A stretch of DNA of 63,385 nt, filler included, from Thraustochytrium aureum (taxonomy: Eukaryota): the NCBI GenBank assembly GCA_012862495.1. It is 4 parts of 3 records of this genome, joined end to end, with 100 filler letters (N's around TTAATTAATTAA, not from the genome) between each part and the next. Parts side by side here need not be neighbours in the genome. Positions count along the whole stretch, not along the records: positions 40,659 to 61,762 come from BLSG01000323.1; positions 61,863 to 63,385 come from BLSG01000326.1; 2 more parts are not named here. One strand, given 5' to 3'. Numbering within the stretch: position 1 is the stretch's first letter; each line of letters opens with the position of its first letter. Positions 58,309 to 63,385 of the stretch are shown here, piece by piece. The notes beneath the pieces were generated by a model. The model did not search any database. It was given only the letters and a program-made list of their open reading frames with translations, and was not told where the DNA came from. Made by a program: the position numbers and the translations under genes.

Positions 58309-58760
58309 ATGCTTCGGCTGGGGCTGCGCCGGCTTGCTGCCAGGGCGGCCGCGCGTGGCGAGACGCGACGCGGGCTGAAGGCCACGGGCACGGTGCTTGC
58401 GAAAGCGGGCAGGCTGAACGTGTTTGAAAAGTTTGCGGCTGTGGCGGCCAAAGATCCGGCGCTCGAGGACCTCATACTGGATAAGAAGGGCCAAAACGCA
58501 CCTGCGGCGGCCAAAGAAACGTAAGTTGCCGTGGTTCAGGAGTCGTACCCTGGGACTTGTTTTCGGGCTCGGGCTGACCGTAAGACGTGCGCAGAGTCGA
58601 CGAGAGCAAGTGCGGGCCGAAGAACGAGGAGGATGACGACGACGACGACTTTGTGGACATGTTCAACCCTGTGACCGGGGAGTGGAACGGGCCTCGGAGT
58701 GGCGAGCCAACGCGGTACGGGGACTGGGCGCACAAGGGACGCGCCACGGACTTTGAATAG
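58309..58760 (+). CDS. SDHAF4: Succinate dehydrogenase assembly factor 4 (Sdh8/DUF1674), two exons
   Basis: Presequence MLRLGLRRLAAR. Intron 58521-58594 has a GTAAGT donor, CTGAC branch point and CAG acceptor. Exon 2 encodes NPVTGEWNGPRSGEPTRYGDWAHKGRATDF. Confidence 0.92.
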
Positions 58761-58847
58761 GCCCGGTGGAGTTTGCGCACCATTTATCTAAAGGTTAATC
58801 TATTTCGCCTGACGCTTGACTTGCTCGGTGCGCCCGAACCACTCCCC

Positions 58848-60396
58848 CTACTTGGCCAGGGATGCCGAGGCAGGCGCTGCGCCCTTGCTCGAAGGGGCGC
58901 TCAGCTGGGCTACCCTCTTGGCCGCGCCAGAAAGGCGCTTCGCAACGCGCGCAGCGAGGTGGCGCGCCCCGCCGTGGTCTCGCCCCGATGCCTCGACGTG
59001 AGCAGCAAGGTGGCTCTCGCCACACACCCTGGCGCTGCATCCGCGACAAGCGACGAGACGCAGCGTCCACCCACATAGGCTGCAATAGTCGGTGCCCAGC
59101 GCAGCTGCCAGGCGCTCGGGCCCCTGAGACCCAAACCCCATCTCAATACTGAGGCGGAGGGCCCATCGCACCAGCGCGTTGCGCTCTTGCAGCCTCACTT
59201 TGGCGATCATGCGGTCGGCGTGGTCGGACGCGGGGCTCCCGAGCACGGCTAGGTCCGCCTCGGGCGAGCCGCCGATCGCCGCGAGCTGGTCCTGAAACAG
59301 CGTTAGGCCGCGCCATGGCCCCAGCGAGCCCAGGCCGTTGAGGAACTGCGGCAGCCCCGGAGGGGCGTCCGCGCAGTCTGGATCGCCCAACACAACGCCC
59401 AGCTCGCCCGCGCGGTCGACGCATTGCGGCCCAAGGCGCATCTTCAAGTACGAGAGGGTGTGCCCGTCCATTCGAGCGTAGCTCGGGGCAAAGACGATCA
59501 GCATGGTTGTGTCGAACGGGCTGAATCGACTCTCGGAGAATGGGAGTTGCGGTTCCCCTACCACAAACCCAAAGTTCACGAGGAGCTCTGCGTTTGGCCG
59601 CGTGCCAAGATACGGGCATAAAATCTCCTCGCCGGCCCGAATCGCCCTTGTTGCCGCAATGTGCAGGACACCATCCTCTTCGCGATTTGGCACCTCAAAA
59701 GCGGCGTTGCTCTCGCCCTCCAACGCCCCGTTGCAGAGCTCGAGGAGCGGATAGAGCGCACTGAGCTCGCCTTCGCGCCGCGACGGCAGCACCCTCGAGT
59801 GGAAGGCTGCAAACGCGTACAAGGCCTGGTCGAGTGCGTCGCTAAATCGATCGTGGTCGGTGCGGAGGAGGCCCTCGAGGAGCGGGAGCACCACCTGGCT
59901 CAGCGATTTCTGCACGGCCCGCCGCAGACCCGTGGCTGCAAGCCCGCTCTGTGTCCCTCTGAGCTGCTCAACCTTGCTTTCTGGCCATAAGAGCGGGAAT
60001 GTCTCGCGAACCTCGACCGGGTCCGGCCAGCTCGACAAGTACGCGTACAGCGGACTCGCCTCGCCAACGCCGAGCTCGGTCAACACAAGAAGAAAAAGCC
60101 ACATGTGTTGCTCGGTTTCTGTCTCTGTCGCGCCTGCCCCTGCCAGGCCAAGCTCGAGGCCACCATTCGCGAGTTCCTCCAGCGCCGCGGCTGCAAGGCC
60201 GCGCAGTTCGTCTTCGCGGCGCAGCGTCCCGAGATCGGCTCGAGCGATCGGCGCGCTCACCACAAGCACCTCGCCCTGCTGCACGTCCCTAGCCGCAACT
60301 ACTGCGACGCTGCCATCGCCGTCGACGCGCACCTCTGCGCACTGCAGAGTCGCGAGTCCCGGCCGGCCTCCCGCGCGGCGCTTCACTGCACCACAC
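58848..60396 (-). CDS. SET-domain lysine methyltransferase (LSMT/SETD3/SETD6-like) with a C-terminal MYND-like finger; 5' end in gap
   Basis: VVAARDVQQGEVL, YAYLSSWP, PLLW, FHSR, PLLELCNG and ATRAIRAGEEILCPY...NAELLVNFGF, then CSLC..CRGC..C...H. Confidence 0.8.
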
Positions 60397-61052
60397 NNNN
60401 NNNNNNNNNNNNNNNNNNNNNNNNNNNNNNNNNNNNNNNNNNNNNNNNNNNNNNNNNNNNNNNNNNNNNNNNNNNNNNNNNNNNNNNNNNNNNNNNNNNN
60501 NNNNNNNNNNNNNNNNNNNNNNNNNNNNNNNNNNNNNNNNNNNNNNNNNNNNNNNNNNNNNNNNNNNNNNNNNNNNNNNNNNNNNNNNNNNNNNNNNNNN
60601 NNNNNNNNNNNNNNNNNNNNNNNNNNNNNNNNNNNNNNNNNNNNNNNCGCTGCTGGCGGACGCGCGCAGCCTTCGCACTGGCAAAGGCGCTGCGCGACTC
60701 GCGAGCTCCTGCCAGTGCGTACTCTACTACCTGGAATTGATTGCCATGTCGCACCGCTCGTCGCTGCCCGAACTCTGTTTTGCCATGTCGCACCGCATGC
60801 CGCACCAGTCAGAGGTGAGGTTCTTCCCTGTTCTTCCTGCTCGTTCTTCCTGCTCGTTCTTTCGGGGAGGTACACACCTGGCAGAGTTCCTTCTCGCCAC
60901 GTGACGGCCCGCGTTCCGACGAACGCAGCGGCAAAGGTGTGCTCTTGTTCCGCTCGATCGAGGGGTGTGTTTCGTGTGACGTGCTGGTCGTGGTTGATGG
61001 CTGCTGATCGAGGTCAATTGCTTGCCGGCTGCACGGAGAGCCACCCTGCCGT

Positions 61053-61215
61053 GAACGGCCTGCCTGCCTTCCCTCATCGCCCTTTAGAGAGCGAGCGTCT
61101 GCTGCGTGAACGGCCTGCCTGCCTTCCCTCATCGCCCTTTAGAGAGCGAGCGTCTGCTGCGGAACGGCCTGCCTGCCTTCCCTCATCGCCCTTTAGAGAG
61201 CGAGCGTCTGCTGCG
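61053..61215 (+). repeat. 54-55-bp tandem repeat, three near-identical copies
   Basis: GAACGGCCTGCCTGCCTTCCCTCATCGCCCTTTAGAGAGCGAGCGTCTGCTGCG at 61053, 61108 and 61162. Confidence 0.92.
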
Positions 61216-61762
61216 ACGCGGTGCCCTTCCTTGCTGCGATGGTCGCATGTGACGGGCTCTGGGGCAGCGTCGCGCACATGCGGGCCGACGTTTCTTCAGT
61301 TCAGAACAGAACACGCGTGCTGACCCTGCACGAACGGCTTGTGCACGCCGCGAAGCGCGAGGACACTGGGTGCCGCTGCCCCAGGAGCTGAACCCGGGTC
61401 TACATGGGGCAGTAGAGTGCTCTACCCCTCTTTTCAACCACTTTTCACGGCCCAGCGCGCGCCCCCCTCCCCCACCCTCACCCACGGGAGGGCATGGGAT
61501 TCGCGCGTCGGCAATCGCGGGTGTTCTGTGCAGCCAGCTTGTGCTTGTCACGCTCGCTGGCCTTGTGCTCGATACGATGATTCTGTTTACGTGCTCGTAG
61601 GCACAAGACCAAGCCGACTCCGCCTGCTGTCCCGGCAGCTCCAAGCGCTCCGGAGACTGGTCAACAAGGCGCCCCCCGCCCAGCAGTCTCCTGTCCGTGG
61701 CACATTGATGCAACTAAGGCAAGGCAAGCTCATGCGTAGAGTACGAGTACTTTTCGCAAGCC

Positions 61763-61862
61763 NNNNNNNNNNNNNNNNNNNNNNNNNNNNNNNNNNNNNN
61801 NNNNNNTTAATTAATTAANNNNNNNNNNNNNNNNNNNNNNNNNNNNNNNNNNNNNNNNNNNN
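61763..61862. other. Artificial contig-joining linker N44-TTAATTAATTAA-N44
   Basis: Same 100-nt structure, with the core at 61807-61818. Confidence 0.95.
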
Positions 61863-63220
61863 CGCCTCAGGGCCATCCATGTAGGAAAAGTCACCCGTAC
61901 CGAACGGCGCCGGCGGCGCAGTAATGATCGACTGGGTCCACTGCGCGCTGTCGTCGCGCTGGGCATCGGCATAAATGTCCTCGCGCGGCCCAGTTTCGCG
62001 AAAGTGGACAAGTGCGCGCTTGTGATGGAGCTGCAGGCCGTGCATATCATTCGCTTCGTGGAAGAGCGCAATGTAGCGCTTCCGCGGGTGCTGCTGCACC
62101 TCGTTGGGCGGCAACAAGAAAGCAAAGTCCATCCACTCAAAGCAAGGCATGAGCTCATTCTCCGTGTACCGCGTGACCGCCTCGCAGCTCTCGATCGTCG
62201 CGAGGCCCTCGGATATGGCCACGAAGAACAGCGCGGCTGCCGCGATCGTGGAGGGAAGAAAGTGCATCGCGTTTGTGTCAAGCAAGGCGACGTCGATGAT
62301 CTCCATGATGCGGGCGAAGGCACGCCCGCGCACGTTCGCAGGAAACACCCACTGCTTGCGCAGTGCCGACTCTTGCTGTCTGAGGCTGCTCAGCGGCGGG
62401 GAGTCGGCGCGTGCAGGGCCACGGAGCGCTGCGGCTGCTGCCTCGGCAAGGGGGCGGCTGCTCAGGCGAAGCCTCCTGGGTGGAAACCGACGGCAGACTC
62501 GTCCTGTTCGTTGGCCACATCCTCAACGCCAGTCTGGCCGTCGACGGCGCGCCCGCCAGCTTGAGGGGCGAACAGCTGGTGCGCGTAATAGTTGGCCCAG
62601 GCAAAGCAGGTAACGGGGTCGAGCGTCCAATCGAGGGCTGTGAGCATCGTGAGTTCCCTGCCGATGAGGTCTGCGGCGCTGTAGGCTCTGTCCGTGGAAA
62701 AGGCAAACTCCCTGGCACGCGGCGGGTGGACTTCTTTATTCTTGGAAGCGATCCACAACGCTGTCACGCCCACCAGCTGCAGCTCCTTCCTCGGGACGTG
62801 CAGGACTCTGCTCAAGTATCGATCCACAAAGTTGAGCGCGGTGTGGAGCGTTTCGCGGGAAAGGACAAACTCTTGGCCGACCTCGAACATCCAGTCGAAC
62901 AGAGTCGCTCGCATCGTGCGCGACATGTGTTGCTGGGTCTCCAGATACGCGACGTTAGGGCGGTCGTGCTGTTCGCGACGCCGCATGCTGTACACGACGC
63001 CAGCGTCCACCTCGAGCACTCCATCGTGCGCAAGGCGGTGGACCCCCAGCAGGTTGTCTTGCGCGACAAAGTCCCGCCCGCCAACAGAGCGTGCCGATGC
63101 GGCGCCGTTTGTGCGGCTGGACAGGCTTTGAGGCTCGGCGCGCGAGCGTCCCGGGGGCGCCTCGGACCAGCCCGCGGCGGCGTCGTCGTCGCCTTGCGGC
63201 TCGCGAGCTGCGCTCGCCAT
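61863..63220 (-). CDS. Cyclin E-like G1/S cyclin, frameshifted near 62480 and truncated at the contig end
   Basis: MRATLFDWMFEV...RETLHTA..FVDRYL...LQLVGVTALWIASK..EVHPP...FAFSTD. The C-terminal fold has FARIMEIIDVALLD, CFEWM and DMHGLQLH. Confidence 0.8.
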
Positions 63221-63385
63221 GGCGCCCCGCCCACCGGTTCGGTGAGCCGGCGCGGTGGCCGTTTGGGGTCGCTCGTTGGCTTGGCGCGCCGCGCCGACGA
63301 CGCTGTGCTGGTTCGAAAGGGCGCGCCGAGCGGCCCTGACGAGCTTGGCAGCGGCGGCTGCCTTGGCAGGGCCGTCAGAGTCGGT

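Noticed and set aside
61053..61215. CRISPR-like or structured-RNA repeat
   Set aside because: Head-to-tail duplication with no spacers and no recognisable RNA motif.
61339..61762. Possible coding fragment at the scaffold end
   Set aside because: No clear start or domain, and truncated by the linker, so support is insufficient.
1..63385. A functional gene cluster, prophage, giant-virus insert or transposon
   Set aside because: The genes are functionally unrelated eukaryotic genes on separate scaffolds. No transposase, integrase, reverse transcriptase or capsid motifs were seen.

Overview
GC-rich, gene-dense, intron-poor eukaryotic DNA from a gapped draft assembly. It is not prokaryotic. The gene set (CatSper4-like channel, GRK, CCT4, PLAA, H2A.X, PT-repeat trypsin) suggests a flagellated heterotrophic stramenopile such as a thraustochytrid or labyrinthulomycete, which is an inference. 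Three artificial N44-TTAATTAATTAA-N44 linkers split the window into four segments (1-28463, 28564-40558, 40659-61762, 61863-63385), so adjacency across them is not evidence of linkage. About 25 protein genes are recognisable, many broken by single-base frameshifts that look like sequencing errors. All family assignments come from recalled motifs, not database searches. Main observations: (1) six copies of a fixed-spacer inverted element GTCAC-N13-GTGAC in the cyclin/PLAA divergent intergenic region; (2) a signal-peptide-bearing protein with a degenerate plus an intact ClpB-NBD2/torsin-like AAA+ domain; (3) a membrane-anchored thioredoxin-fold plus JmjC protein lacking its iron ligands; (4) a probable OGT(GT41)-GT4 double glycosyltransferase; (5) a CatSper4 orthologue; (6) a decayed H2B pseudogene head-to-head with H2A.X; (7) animal-like cyclin E, CaaX-bearing GRK and THAP-like genes plus a plant-type CCT-domain gene.
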